A stretch of DNA of 64,000 nt, taken from sequence record OR786310.1, one strand, 5' to 3'. A program made the position numbers and the translations under genes. The notes under the pieces are model-generated. The model did no database searches. It was not told the origin of the DNA and saw only the letters and a program-made list of their open reading frames with translations. Positions 18,776 to 28,338 of the stretch are shown here, one piece after another; the stretch's first letter is position 1, and each line of letters starts with the position of its first letter. The DNA comes from Escherichia phage ETEC-TG.

Positions 18776-19182
18776 TGATTAGTATCATCTGCTTTCGCAG
18801 GATCATAAGAGTTACCGAAATCATCCATCTTAATATGTGACGCACCCCAACCTGTAAATTCTTCATCACCAAAATGAAAAATATCATTTTCTTGATAGAT
18901 TCGTTTAAAACCACAATTAGGTGAAACAGGGAAAGTGAAAAGCGTTGTATTTGCAAACACTACTCGCTTATCGTTATTGCTTCGGATATTCACATTACGC
19001 TCAACAGAATAGTGTGAATCTTCAGCCATACCCAGCATTACAAGCGACGCTCTAATAACAGCATTTTGTTTCTCGTGTGGGATATTGCCATTGTGTTTAT
19101 TTGATTCTAGTTTCCAGATAGGGGTAGACATTACAGTAGACATGCTTACGGTAGCCCAAGTTGTAGTATTTACTAATGACAT
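18772..19182 (-). CDS. hypothetical protein
   Basis: Start at MSLVN preceded by AAGGAG; the longer track ORF lacks an RBS. Confidence 0.4.
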   Translation of the reverse strand: MSLVNTTTWATVSMSTVMSTPIWKLESNKHNGNIPHEKQNAVIRASLVMLGMAEDSHYSVERNVNIRSNNDKRVVFANTTLFTFPVSPNCGFKRIYQENDIFHFGDEEFTGWGASHIKMDDFGNSYDPAKADDTNQ

Positions 19183-19280
19183 ATTTTCTCCTTCATTTTG
19201 AATGGGAGGACTCACCTCCTCCCAGTATTGTGCTATATTATACTAAAACTAATACTAAAGTCAATAATTATTTAAACAGA

Positions 19281-20279
19281 TCACCATTTAGTATGATTTG
19301 TTAAAAGTTGACGATGTTGAATCCAGCCTTTGAAATTGCCAGACCAAAACTTACCATTACGATCTACATGGGTAATACCTGGTTCCCAAGAGTTAAAATC
19401 CCAAGGAGCATTGATAAACAAATCTTCAAAACAGTTCTCCCCATATTGTTCGCATGTTTCTTGCATTGGGGTGGCTTGATGTTCAAACGGAGAAGCATGA
19501 ACCTTGCGCCCAGTCAGCAAACGACCATAGATATCTAAAGCTTTATCTTTAGTTGCATTCAAACGACGATAACTAACCTGTGCACAACACGAAGCTGAAA
19601 TAGCTTTGGCTTCTTCCAAAGTAAGCACAACAACTTCTCCAGATTCATCTTGAACATAGTATCCACCAAAAACAAAATGATCGTCACCTTCTGTGCCAAT
19701 ATTATCATAGAAATGGTTTACATAAGGTGTGTGCCATTGCCCTGGTTTCAGCACTTCTGGTGTAGATTCTTCATACTCTTTGTGCATCTCTTTAGCCAAA
19801 GCTTCGATAGTAGGATCGGCTTCTTTGTCATCACGTAGCCACCAGAAATTTTCATATTCTGTTGCTGTCAGAACTGTTTTAATTCGTTGGAAAGGTTCCA
19901 GAAGACGGTTTGCAACTTGTTTGTGGTACCCTGCCAAAGAGAATTCTTCTGCAAAACGTGCTGCACTAAGCGCGGCAAGATCCCACCACTCTTGAGCAGT
20001 ATAACCTGCATCAATAAGAGCATCATGGTCAACACCTTTGTCCTGCATACCAGGTTGGTTAGCCCCGAAACGATAAGGACGAGCAGGCTGATTTCGAACC
20101 ATTTCGATCAGTGTTTTAACAGGTATAGCACGGCTAGAAGCAGCATTACGACTGAACAGGCGGTGAGTCATCAGTTCTGAATGAATAATACGTGGATATT
20201 CAAGTTCGAAAGTTACAATCTCTTTTCCGTCTTCAGTGATGGAATGTGCAATAATACTAGCCGAAATCTGTTTTGTCAT
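19281..20279 (-). CDS. thyX: flavin-dependent thymidylate synthase ThyX-like
   Basis: ELMTHRLFSRNAASS matches the ThyX RHR-x7-S signature with the first Arg replaced by Thr. Confidence 0.7.
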   Translation of the reverse strand: MTKQISASIIAHSITEDGKEIVTFELEYPRIIHSELMTHRLFSRNAASSRAIPVKTLIEMVRNQPARPYRFGANQPGMQDKGVDHDALIDAGYTAQEWWDLAALSAARFAEEFSLAGYHKQVANRLLEPFQRIKTVLTATEYENFWWLRDDKEADPTIEALAKEMHKEYEESTPEVLKPGQWHTPYVNHFYDNIGTEGDDHFVFGGYYVQDESGEVVVLTLEEAKAISASCCAQVSYRRLNATKDKALDIYGRLLTGRKVHASPFEHQATPMQETCEQYGENCFEDLFINAPWDFNSWEPGITHVDRNGKFWSGNFKGWIQHRQLLTNHTKW

Positions 20280-20288
20280 TTTTTCTCC

Positions 20289-20897
20289 TTAGTTTTTAAA
20301 ATTGTTCAAAGTGTTAAAAACATCCAAACATGTTAGCCACTGATCTTCTAAACCTGTGATCACAACATTTGGTTTTTTCTTTAGTTCTTCTAGATGGTTA
20401 TCTTTATAAGGCGTATTAAAATATATTTTAACCACTTCATCTGGAAAATATAGTAGGTTATCAGCCCTGTCATCTATGGCTATATCACAAGGCAATAAAT
20501 ATTTTTCTTTTGTAGCAAAAAAGCCGTTACCAGATCCTTTGCTAAAATCAATCGTGTCCAATGTTCTTAAAACATGTTTATGTTTAGAACTTAAGTGACC
20601 ACCTTTTGTCACACTTGCGATCAAAAGATTGCCACCTTTCCTTGAAACATACTTTAAGAAATCTGGCATACCTGGAACAAAACCCATTGTATCGTAGAGA
20701 TGAGGATTATCCAGAAATCCGTAAGGATCTATGTTGAACTCTTCCCTGAAACCAGGAAAATAGTTGGTAAGATCGTAATCTGCATTTTTTGTGAATGTGT
20801 CGATTTTAACACCAAGGCCACTAATCTTATTCAACCATTCTAACCAAGCAACATCTAACGGAGCCACAACTAAATCCCAATCACATACTATCTGCAT
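20289..20897 (-). CDS. putative HAD-family nucleotidase
   Basis: N-terminal IVCDWDLVV (DxD-type HAD motif I) and later DDR motif. Confidence 0.45.
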   Translation of the reverse strand: MQIVCDWDLVVAPLDVAWLEWLNKISGLGVKIDTFTKNADYDLTNYFPGFREEFNIDPYGFLDNPHLYDTMGFVPGMPDFLKYVSRKGGNLLIASVTKGGHLSSKHKHVLRTLDTIDFSKGSGNGFFATKEKYLLPCDIAIDDRADNLLYFPDEVVKIYFNTPYKDNHLEELKKKPNVVITGLEDQWLTCLDVFNTLNNFKN

Positions 20898-20933
20898 AAA
20901 ACCTCCTCTCTCTTTTAGTATAGTTATCTTATA

Positions 20934-21509
20934 CTAACTTTCAATTTCCTGCAATAGGATTTTGACTATTTGTTTACGGCGTTTTGCTACTGTGCTTTCA
21001 GGTTCTATTTTACGCTTCTTCAGCCACGCTTTATCTTTCTTAGCTCTACACAAAGCTATCGCTTCTTTTTCAGCTTTTGCTTCTTCAAAAGATATGCCTT
21101 GCTTGTCTGCATAAGCAAGAATAGAGTTGCACAATTTACAAACCATTCGCAAATCTTCTTCTTTCACATAGATCAAACGGAAAACAAAAAGGGGAATATC
21201 CTCAAAACATTGAAGTTGTTTTGCTGCGTGAATATGATCCACTTGGAAGTCTTTCATTCCTCCTCTGTGTCCACATATTTCGCACTCACAATTCCAAACT
21301 TGTTTTGGTTTTCCAGTTTTCTTGTCTATCATCACATTGCCGTCTTTATCTACACGATCAACTTTAAAACGCCTTGCATTGATAACCTTAATTTTATTAG
21401 GGTGTCTCATCCATGCTTTTCTAAAACATCCCCTAAGATAAGTATAAAATTCAGCTTGTGTTTTCCAGGGTGTTCCTTCACCCCACATTATTTTTGGTTC
21501 ACCTGCCAA
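20934..21509 (-). CDS. hypothetical protein with HNH-like zinc-binding motifs
   Basis: CECEICG...QVDHIHA...CKLCN pattern (CxxC ... DH ... CxxCN). Confidence 0.4.
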   Translation of the reverse strand: MAGEPKIMWGEGTPWKTQAEFYTYLRGCFRKAWMRHPNKIKVINARRFKVDRVDKDGNVMIDKKTGKPKQVWNCECEICGHRGGMKDFQVDHIHAAKQLQCFEDIPLFVFRLIYVKEEDLRMVCKLCNSILAYADKQGISFEEAKAEKEAIALCRAKKDKAWLKKRKIEPESTVAKRRKQIVKILLQEIES

Positions 21510-21676
21510 TATTGCTCACCTTTTTAGCTGTATATTCCCCTGGTGGGATATTGTGTTTAAAAAACAAAAGGCGGTCTAACCCCGCCTTGCACATTGTTTC
21601 TGGAATAGTCAAAGTTAGTAAAAGTTTATCACCTTTTCGATTGAATATTTTATAAACTTCTCCTGCTCCATATTGT

Positions 21677-22078
21677 TTAGTATTGCTCGCCACTAATACG
21701 TTCCTTAAGTTGTTTAATAGCTTCAACTGCATCTACATAAGAAGAGTTATACATGTGTTTCAGTGCCACTCGGATTAAAGGATCTTTTGTGAAGAAATCA
21801 ATAAGAAGCATAGCTTGATCATGTTTAGCTGCATTTGTCATAGATGGATAATTTTCACGAACCATATACGTGTTATTTTGCATAAGGGTTCTTTCTAGTT
21901 CAATACAATGAATAGCTTTATCTAGGTTAATCTGACGTTCACCTTTAATACGTGTTGCGTATTTTGCCAATTTGCAAAAACAAGGTGTGCCACCAACCAA
22001 ATAAGCTAGTTCAATAGGTTGCATTGCCATTTTTGTGTAGTGATCACCGTCAACCTGATTATCAAAAGCATTAGACAT
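21677..22078 (-). CDS. hypothetical protein
   Basis: 133 aa ORF. Confidence 0.35.
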   Translation of the reverse strand: MSNAFDNQVDGDHYTKMAMQPIELAYLVGGTPCFCKLAKYATRIKGERQINLDKAIHCIELERTLMQNNTYMVRENYPSMTNAAKHDQAMLLIDFFTKDPLIRVALKHMYNSSYVDAVEAIKQLKERISGEQY

Positions 22079-22343
22079 AATTTTCCTCCTGAATTCCTAC
22101 TGCGCCTTCTTCTGGGTAATCTGTATAATAAGCTACCCTACCTTGATAGATAACATCACCATCATCATTGTAGATTGCTGTATCTTCTTGAATTGTTATT
22201 TCAACGTCAAGTAAATCTGGGTCTTTCTCGATGGTATAGTTTAAACCTAACATTTCAAACAGTTCGAAAATTTCGTTACCTGTTAATGTAATGCTCATAT
22301 TTCCTCCTTTTATTGTGGTTAGCAGAGTATACACTAATATCAA
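22071..22343 (-). CDS. hypothetical protein
   Basis: 90 aa ORF. Confidence 0.35.
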   Translation of the reverse strand: MILVYTLLTTIKGGNMSITLTGNEIFELFEMLGLNYTIEKDPDLLDVEITIQEDTAIYNDDGDVIYQGRVAYYTDYPEEGAVGIQEENYV

Positions 22344-22384
22344 ATTTTTGTCAATAAAAAAGGGAGCAATAAGCTCCCTGATTA

Positions 22385-23344
22385 TTAGATTCCAATAATA
22401 GTTGCTGCTCGTTTATCTTTGGATCTGGTGTTTGCTCTACTACGTGACAAACCTCCACAAGATTCACAACGAATGATATCGAAAGAACTTACCGCAGTGT
22501 GGTATTGCTTACCAGTAACAACGTGAACATGATCACTGCCGCAACGAGAACAACGGACTTTCTCATCTGGGTAATAAGCGGATAAGTTAGGATGCTGTGG
22601 AATCCACGGAAGGATTTTCATATACAAATCACGAAGTGAAACAACATCACCATCATTGTAAATCTGCATACGTTCAAAAGCATCACGATCACCTTCACAA
22701 CATGCTTTCCATAAAGGGAACCCCTCGTTATCCAGTTTTTCACTTTCTGTTTCAAAATACGCTCCCATCTCTTTAAGAGAATTGGAAGGAAGTGCAAACT
22801 GTTTCTTAGCTGCCTTCAAGGTATCAACAACTACATAGTTAGAAGGTGGAGCCATATCATGATATGCGAAGCGTTGGTTAATGTATGCACGGTCAAACTT
22901 GTACCCATTGTGAGCCACAACAACATCAGCTTCATTCAGAAGATTCCAAAGATCTTGGCAAAGTTCCCAATCATCTGTATGATCGATATCGAAAAGAGGA
23001 TAAGAAGATAAGTTCTTACCTTCTACTTCACCTGTATACAAATCAGCAGAAGAGTAAGATAACAAATAACCCCTACGAATTACCTGGTCTGGAGAAATGA
23101 AGGCTTTGAATCGACGGAAAGTATATGCAATCTCTGGTGCAGTTTCAACATCAATAATTTTAATAACTGGTTGTTTCTTTTTAACTGGCTCTTGTTTACT
23201 TGCACCGAAACGTGCAAGAAAATCATTTACTGTGCTTTTTCTTGTTGGACTACCTAAAACAATTGCTGCAATATTGCGAGAAGACATACCCTCTGCACTC
23301 ATACTAAGGATATCTGCTTTCTGCTCTTCTGTTAATCTGCTCAC
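22385..23344 (-). CDS. DEDDh 3'-5' exonuclease with N-terminal HTH and C-terminal zinc ribbon
   Basis: IIDVETA (Exo I), VAHNGYKFDRAYI (Exo II) and YNDGD (Exo III); N-terminal HTH-like ILSMSAEGMSSRNIA; C-terminal CSRCG...CESCG. Confidence 0.65.
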   Translation of the reverse strand: MSRLTEEQKADILSMSAEGMSSRNIAAIVLGSPTRKSTVNDFLARFGASKQEPVKKKQPVIKIIDVETAPEIAYTFRRFKAFISPDQVIRRGYLLSYSSADLYTGEVEGKNLSSYPLFDIDHTDDWELCQDLWNLLNEADVVVAHNGYKFDRAYINQRFAYHDMAPPSNYVVVDTLKAAKKQFALPSNSLKEMGAYFETESEKLDNEGFPLWKACCEGDRDAFERMQIYNDGDVVSLRDLYMKILPWIPQHPNLSAYYPDEKVRCSRCGSDHVHVVTGKQYHTAVSSFDIIRCESCGGLSRSRANTRSKDKRAATIIGI

Positions 23345-24459
23345 TCTGCCTCCTGTTGTGAGATGTATGACTGAAGCATACTCTCAAATGTTGTATCGTC
23401 ATTATCCCAGCGTTTCATGTATACCAACTGGAAAATTGTTTCTATCCATTCATCTGTTGTCATATGGACTTCTTCTCCATCCCAAGAAGTAAAATTAACG
23501 CCATCTGGGAACCACGAGTAGTAAGTATCTTTAACTGTTTGGAAAAGTTCTGCTTGAGTTTTACAAGCTGAAAGAAGATTAAAACAAGTAATATCTCCGA
23601 ACTTAATATCAAAATCTTGATAAGGTCGGATACTATCTGTTTTATCTCCCATTAGCATCTGATAGGCTAACCAATAACTTCCCCAACCTTTAACTTCTTT
23701 CTTTTTACCTTTATCTACGATCCATATGTCGCCAATAGACTCGTCAATAAGAATTATATCTGGATTTTTAAATACTCCATCCTCTTTGTAGAAATTAAAA
23801 AGGATACTAGGAGTATGTAAACTATCTTTATCTATAGACACTACGATATAAGAAAATTTACCCGTCCTTTTATAATCTTTATAACCTTGGAAACCATACT
23901 TCTCTAACTCATCGTCAGCCTCTATTACAGTAACAACATCACCATTGTGGAACTCCACAAGATAATCTTTGGTTTCTGAAAGCTGAAGTGGTTTGATATC
24001 TAATCGTTCAGATTTATATTCTACAGGCATTTTGAAGGCGTGTCTGAAAGTTTTTCCTACGCCAATAACTCCGCAATATTTTTCTAAACGTAGATGTTTT
24101 AGAATACCTAAGACTTTTGTTTTAGCTGCTTGGAAGGTGTGTCCGATATCTTCTGGCGGGTATTGCTTATCAATAATTTCGAACTCTTCCTTTGTGAAGG
24201 GACGTTTGTTTTTGGAGGCTCTTTCTGCATTTGTATCTCCTAGCCAACCTCCAATTTTAGTCTTACTTTTACCCCAAAACTCTGTCTTATTTTTAAATTC
24301 CTTTTGAGCACCTGAAGGGATGTGCTTCGCAATGATTGTTCTTTTCTCTAATGCAGACGCTGCTTGGAAAGCGATCTGATCATAATCAATTGCAGCTATT
24401 GTTTCTTCGTTGACATATAAATGAAGATCTTCAGGTTTAATTAAAATATAACCGCTAAT
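23341..24459 (-). CDS. hypothetical protein; N-terminus weakly resembles T4 RNase H / FEN 5'-3' exonuclease; no canonical start codon
   Basis: Open frame continues about 143 codons upstream of the first ATG (MPVEY) with no ATG/GTG/TTG; AAIDYDQIAFQAASAL resembles T4 RNase H ICLIDFSQIALSTAL; candidate ATT start 4 nt after AGGGGGG. Confidence 0.4.
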   Translation of the reverse strand: MSGYILIKPEDLHLYVNEETIAAIDYDQIAFQAASALEKRTIIAKHIPSGAQKEFKNKTEFWGKSKTKIGGWLGDTNAERASKNKRPFTKEEFEIIDKQYPPEDIGHTFQAAKTKVLGILKHLRLEKYCGVIGVGKTFRHAFKMPVEYKSERLDIKPLQLSETKDYLVEFHNGDVVTVIEADDELEKYGFQGYKDYKRTGKFSYIVVSIDKDSLHTPSILFNFYKEDGVFKNPDIILIDESIGDIWIVDKGKKKEVKGWGSYWLAYQMLMGDKTDSIRPYQDFDIKFGDITCFNLLSACKTQAELFQTVKDTYYSWFPDGVNFTSWDGEEVHMTTDEWIETIFQLVYMKRWDNDDTTFESMLQSYISQQEAE

Positions 24460-24472
24460 ATTTCCCCCCTAA

Positions 24473-24682
24473 TTATTCATCGTCATCCTCTGTTGAGAAT
24501 GTTTTAGTATACGGACATTGACGACTTTTCGGGATTGCTATAACTTCATCTTGGTTAGCGTTAGAATAGTAGCAATATTTTGTGTTGCCATTAACTTCAG
24601 GATCAGACAAGATTAAAGTAATTTGACCTGCTGCTACTGTGAAACTAAAAGCTAAAAGAACGACTGTCAGAATCTTTTTCAT
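24473..24682 (-). CDS. small secreted protein
   Basis: N-terminal signal peptide MKKILTVVLLAFSFTVAAG followed by acidic tail. Confidence 0.45.
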   Translation of the reverse strand: MKKILTVVLLAFSFTVAAGQITLILSDPEVNGNTKYCYYSNANQDEVIAIPKSRQCPYTKTFSTEDDDE

Positions 24683-24754
24683 AACGCCTCCTAAAAAGCC
24701 TACCTCATTAAGTAGGTAGGCATAATATCATAACTAATCCCGCAAGTCAAGAAC

Positions 24755-25633
24755 TTATTTAAGGATTGTTGCTTTGGTTAAATCTTCCATCAGACCTCGA
24801 ATCTCATTGAAGCACAGAAGGACTGAAGCTTCAATACTACCTTCTTCGTCTGCAAAATATTTCGGAAAACGTAGTTTAGAAAGTTTAAACTCTTTATCCA
24901 CTACAAAATCTACAACACCGTCATATTCAAGACCGATTGCAACCACATCTTTACCATCTTCTTTTAGTTCGACAGCTTTAGACTCATATAAGGATTCTTT
25001 ACTCCAAACAACAACGCCCTCGCTATCCTCCATTTTGATATAATTTCCGAGAGTAATACGATCTGCTTCGTGATTCTCCAGCAATTCACCAAAACCTTTT
25101 ACAATAGCTTCTTCGTGCACACTAAAACCTACTGAAGGGAAAGTCCCCAGAACGGAACGGAGGAAAGAAGTAATCTCTTCTGCAACCTTTTTACTTCCAT
25201 TAAGAACATAAAGAAGATTCGTAGTTTTATCCAAGACAACATAGTTAAAGAAATCTTCAGGTTCTGTTTCAGGCAATAGTGCAAATTCAATATCTTCCTT
25301 CATTGCTTTGACTACTTCTTTATCGACATAAAACTCTTTACCCTCGCTCTCCATGTCCTGACGCATTTCTTCTAGACGTTCATTCAGAATACGTTTAACT
25401 TTCTTTTTATCTACCTTCTTCACAGATTGACCTACATTAAGTAGTTCAAGATCTGAAAACTCTTTTACAAATTTAGAGTCATCTTCGAAACGAACAAGAC
25501 CGATAGTGTGGGACTGGGAGCCTTCTGCTGTTACAAATTCCAGAGGAATATCTGTAATGCTGTTAAGGGATGCTACAGAAGCATTGTCACCAACAACCAT
25601 AGGCAGAGCGGATTTAAAAGATTTTACAAACAT
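24755..25633 (-). CDS. hypothetical protein
   Basis: 292 aa ORF with RBS TAGGAGGAAAC. Confidence 0.45.
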   Translation of the reverse strand: MFVKSFKSALPMVVGDNASVASLNSITDIPLEFVTAEGSQSHTIGLVRFEDDSKFVKEFSDLELLNVGQSVKKVDKKKVKRILNERLEEMRQDMESEGKEFYVDKEVVKAMKEDIEFALLPETEPEDFFNYVVLDKTTNLLYVLNGSKKVAEEITSFLRSVLGTFPSVGFSVHEEAIVKGFGELLENHEADRITLGNYIKMEDSEGVVVWSKESLYESKAVELKEDGKDVVAIGLEYDGVVDFVVDKEFKLSKLRFPKYFADEEGSIEASVLLCFNEIRGLMEDLTKATILK

Positions 25634-25689
25634 GTTTCCTCCTATTTAATACATCTCACATTACCGCCCGTAAAGGGCGGCTTACAACA

Positions 25690-26415
25690 TTACTTGTTAA
25701 TAATACCTGCAATATTAGGTTTGACAAAGGTCGATGGTTTCATGATCTTACCTTTATCATCAAAGAACACATACACTTTCTGTTTTTCATTATAAACAGC
25801 ATGAACACCAGTGTATGCCCCTTCTGGACGATTGGCATTTCGTTCTTCAATTGCAGCGCATTCTTGTGCAATGGCTGAATCGATATCCGAAGTTTTCCAA
25901 GTTTTCAGCAACTGTTGTTTAGTTGGATACTTGGAATCATTACTTTTCAATACCTCTTTAATAACTTTCTTTTCTGGATATTTTGAACGGATTAGAGTGT
26001 CACGAGACATACGCATAATACCAGCAGCCATTAGTGCCATTTGAACTGGCTCTGTAAATGTTTGTTCCAAAGCATCAAAATCAGTATACACAGTTGGAGT
26101 AAAAACATCGCCTACAGCATAGTCCAAGAAATTCATCGTATGTTCTTCACCAAAGAACATGTAAGTCAGATAACTGGATACTACAAAAATATCTGCTGCT
26201 GCATCCAAGAGTTCTACATGATCGTTTACTTTCGCGGCTGTTTCATACTCTTTAAGCTCTTCACGAACGAACCCGATTTGGGACATAAATAGCTCTTGAG
26301 TGAATTCAGGTTGTTCACCACCTCGTGCTTTGGCATTCCAATCAATCACGTGCTTTGCTGCATTTTTGAAAAATTCAGTATCGAATTTAATATCTTTAAA
26401 AAAATTCTCAATCAT
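25690..26415 (-). CDS. MazG-like NTP pyrophosphohydrolase domain protein
   Basis: REELKEYETA...ELLDAAADIF resembles the MazG EExxE...E..D metal-binding helices. Confidence 0.5.
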   Translation of the reverse strand: MIENFFKDIKFDTEFFKNAAKHVIDWNAKARGGEQPEFTQELFMSQIGFVREELKEYETAAKVNDHVELLDAAADIFVVSSYLTYMFFGEEHTMNFLDYAVGDVFTPTVYTDFDALEQTFTEPVQMALMAAGIMRMSRDTLIRSKYPEKKVIKEVLKSNDSKYPTKQQLLKTWKTSDIDSAIAQECAAIEERNANRPEGAYTGVHAVYNEKQKVYVFFDDKGKIMKPSTFVKPNIAGIINK

Positions 26416-26424
26416 TATAACTCC

Positions 26425-26607
26425 TTATTTAAAATAGCTTTCTAGAAAGTTGCTAATATTTACTACAGTCTCACCCATGTAAATTCCTGCGAAACCGAAA
26501 ACAAGCATACGTGGAATATTGAAATACCATTTATCCGCCGGAAAAGATGCCAGAATTACAATAGCAATTGCTATCAACATCATAAGAATTGTTGCTAAAA
26601 TTATCAT
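26425..26607 (-). CDS. small membrane protein (two predicted TM segments)
   Basis: Start at MIILATILMM preceded by GGAGG; hydrophobic segments ILATILMMLIAIAIVILA and MLVFGFAGIYMG; ATGA overlap with upstream ORF. Confidence 0.4.
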   Translation of the reverse strand: MIILATILMMLIAIAIVILASFPADKWYFNIPRMLVFGFAGIYMGETVVNISNFLESYFK

Positions 26608-26798
26608 AAAAATGCCTCCAGGTATTTTGCACAATGGTAAGCTAAGAAACAAGAAACTACCGCATACCCAACTCCAGACATACATGAATCAATCGCAATA
26701 CATACGGTTCTTTTCTTTGAATTCTTAGGAAAGCTTTCCGAAGCATTCATACAATAAAAAGAAAGCACACTGAAAACGATTAAAATGGCTAAGAACAT
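26604..26798 (-). CDS. small membrane protein (two predicted TM segments)
   Basis: TAAGGAGG then aaaa then ATG; hydrophobic FLAILIVFSVLSFYC and GYAVVSCFLAY. Confidence 0.45.
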   Translation of the reverse strand: MFLAILIVFSVLSFYCMNASESFPKNSKKRTVCIAIDSCMSGVGYAVVSCFLAYHCAKYLEAFL

Positions 26799-26807
26799 TT
26801 TTCCTCC

Positions 26808-27935
26808 TTATTCTGCTGGTTCCCAAGTGCCTGGGATCATTTCTCGAATACGAACACCAACAGGTTTTGTTGGAATACCTTCATCTGAAAATTCTTCATA
26901 CTCTATTTCAACGAACTGATTAATCAAGGTAGAAGCATTCTCTGCTTTACGATAATTGATAGTCTCATGAGCATCTTTACGCATTAAGAATTCGACTACT
27001 TTACCATTTTCCATCTCACCTGTCAACACTCCATCACCATTTTTATCACTTTTTGAATTTGTTACTTTAACTTCAAGGGTGTGGCGAGGCTTACGTTTAA
27101 TAACGTCATAAGAACGTTTATCAAATTCGTAAACTCCGTGAGCATTACGATATACTACACCTTCAGCTTTCTCAAGTAAAGCTTTTTCATAGAAAGCATC
27201 AAACTGTTCTTGGTTTTCAATATACTCTGTATGAACTACACAAATAAGCTCGTCAAGACCATAATCTTCAACTACTGCCTTAAGAGCAGTAAGAACATCA
27301 ACACGTTTTTCAAACGGTAGATCTGGAACTGGAATATCATATACGTAATAATTCAGCAAAGGTGTATTTGCATTATGCTTCTTCCAGGCACTGTTAATTT
27401 GTTGCAGACTAAGGACACCTAACCCAGCAAACACTTCACCATCAAGAGGATGACCAACAACTTCACTAATAAAGTTTGGAATACCTTTCCAATGAGGTGG
27501 CAGGTTATACACTTCCCCAGCTTTTGATAAACACTCCCCTTTCATGTTAATCATAGAACGTAACCCGTTCAGTTTGTATTGTGCATAACCAGGGAACACA
27601 ACCCTTTCAGGATAATCTTTATAATCCTGGCATTTCATTGGTGTAGAAGGAACATGGTTTTCAGCTTCTTCTTTTGTTTTATAATAGCCATTCTTTAACT
27701 GTTTTGTCCATTTGGCAAAAGCTTCAAGTTCAGCTTGTTCTTCTGGTGTTGTTTCATTGGAACGACCGATGTTTTTTGCTTCTGCTGTATAAGATTTTTC
27801 TGTGATTTTTCCACCTACCCTTCCATGAGCTACAGTAACAACTGCACCATCTGTATACACTGTCCACTGTTTAAGTTTTCCTTTTGAATCTTTACCATAC
27901 AGCGTTTGATTTGTTTGTTGCATTAGTCCTCCCAT
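26808..27935 (-). CDS. ATP-dependent DNA ligase
   Basis: Motif I YKLNGLR (KxNG variant of KxDG), motif III DGEVF, motif IV EGVVYR, motif V VIKRKP; T7-ligase-like order. Confidence 0.8.
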   Translation of the reverse strand: MGGLMQQTNQTLYGKDSKGKLKQWTVYTDGAVVTVAHGRVGGKITEKSYTAEAKNIGRSNETTPEEQAELEAFAKWTKQLKNGYYKTKEEAENHVPSTPMKCQDYKDYPERVVFPGYAQYKLNGLRSMINMKGECLSKAGEVYNLPPHWKGIPNFISEVVGHPLDGEVFAGLGVLSLQQINSAWKKHNANTPLLNYYVYDIPVPDLPFEKRVDVLTALKAVVEDYGLDELICVVHTEYIENQEQFDAFYEKALLEKAEGVVYRNAHGVYEFDKRSYDVIKRKPRHTLEVKVTNSKSDKNGDGVLTGEMENGKVVEFLMRKDAHETINYRKAENASTLINQFVEIEYEEFSDEGIPTKPVGVRIREMIPGTWEPAE

Positions 27936-28144
27936 TTAAAAACTGAAATTTTCAATCTGTTACACACTTCATCCAAATCTGCGTCGAGTAACGTTGTAGA
28001 TGTTGCCAACATATAATCAATACTTGTGAAACCTTGCCCTTTGGCATAGTCAAGCATATCTTCATACATATCTTCAAGATCACCGTCATCAAAAGTAGCT
28101 AGAAAATCCTCGTCCCCGCTACGAACATAAAATGCAGTACTCAT
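27923..28144 (-). CDS. hypothetical acidic protein
   Basis: 73 aa ORF. Confidence 0.35.
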   Translation of the reverse strand: MSTAFYVRSGDEDFLATFDDGDLEDMYEDMLDYAKGQGFTSIDYMLATSTTLLDADLDEVCNRLKISVFKWED

Positions 28145-28329
28145 TCATCTTCATCCCAAGATTCAAAAACGCAGCAATCATCGGTTTCTATAATACCAAC
28201 ACGTCCGCAGGTATTGCAAGTGATTTTATCACCGTAGAATAAATAATTTTTATCACCCTCTGTGTTTACAGTTATGTCATTACTACCACAAGGGCAAGTC
28301 AGCCAACCAACAACGATATCTTTTTTCAT
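28141..28329 (-). CDS. small zinc-ribbon protein
   Basis: CPCG...CNTCG...CC cysteine pattern. Confidence 0.35.
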   Translation of the reverse strand: MKKDIVVGWLTCPCGSNDITVNTEGDKNYLFYGDKITCNTCGRVGIIETDDCCVFESWDEDE

Positions 28330-28338
28330 AATCCCTCC

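Noticed and set aside
20970-21527. 185 aa plus-strand ORF opposite the HNH-like gene
   Set aside because: Antisense to a well-supported minus-strand gene in a block where all genes are on the minus strand; hydrophobic low-complexity translation.
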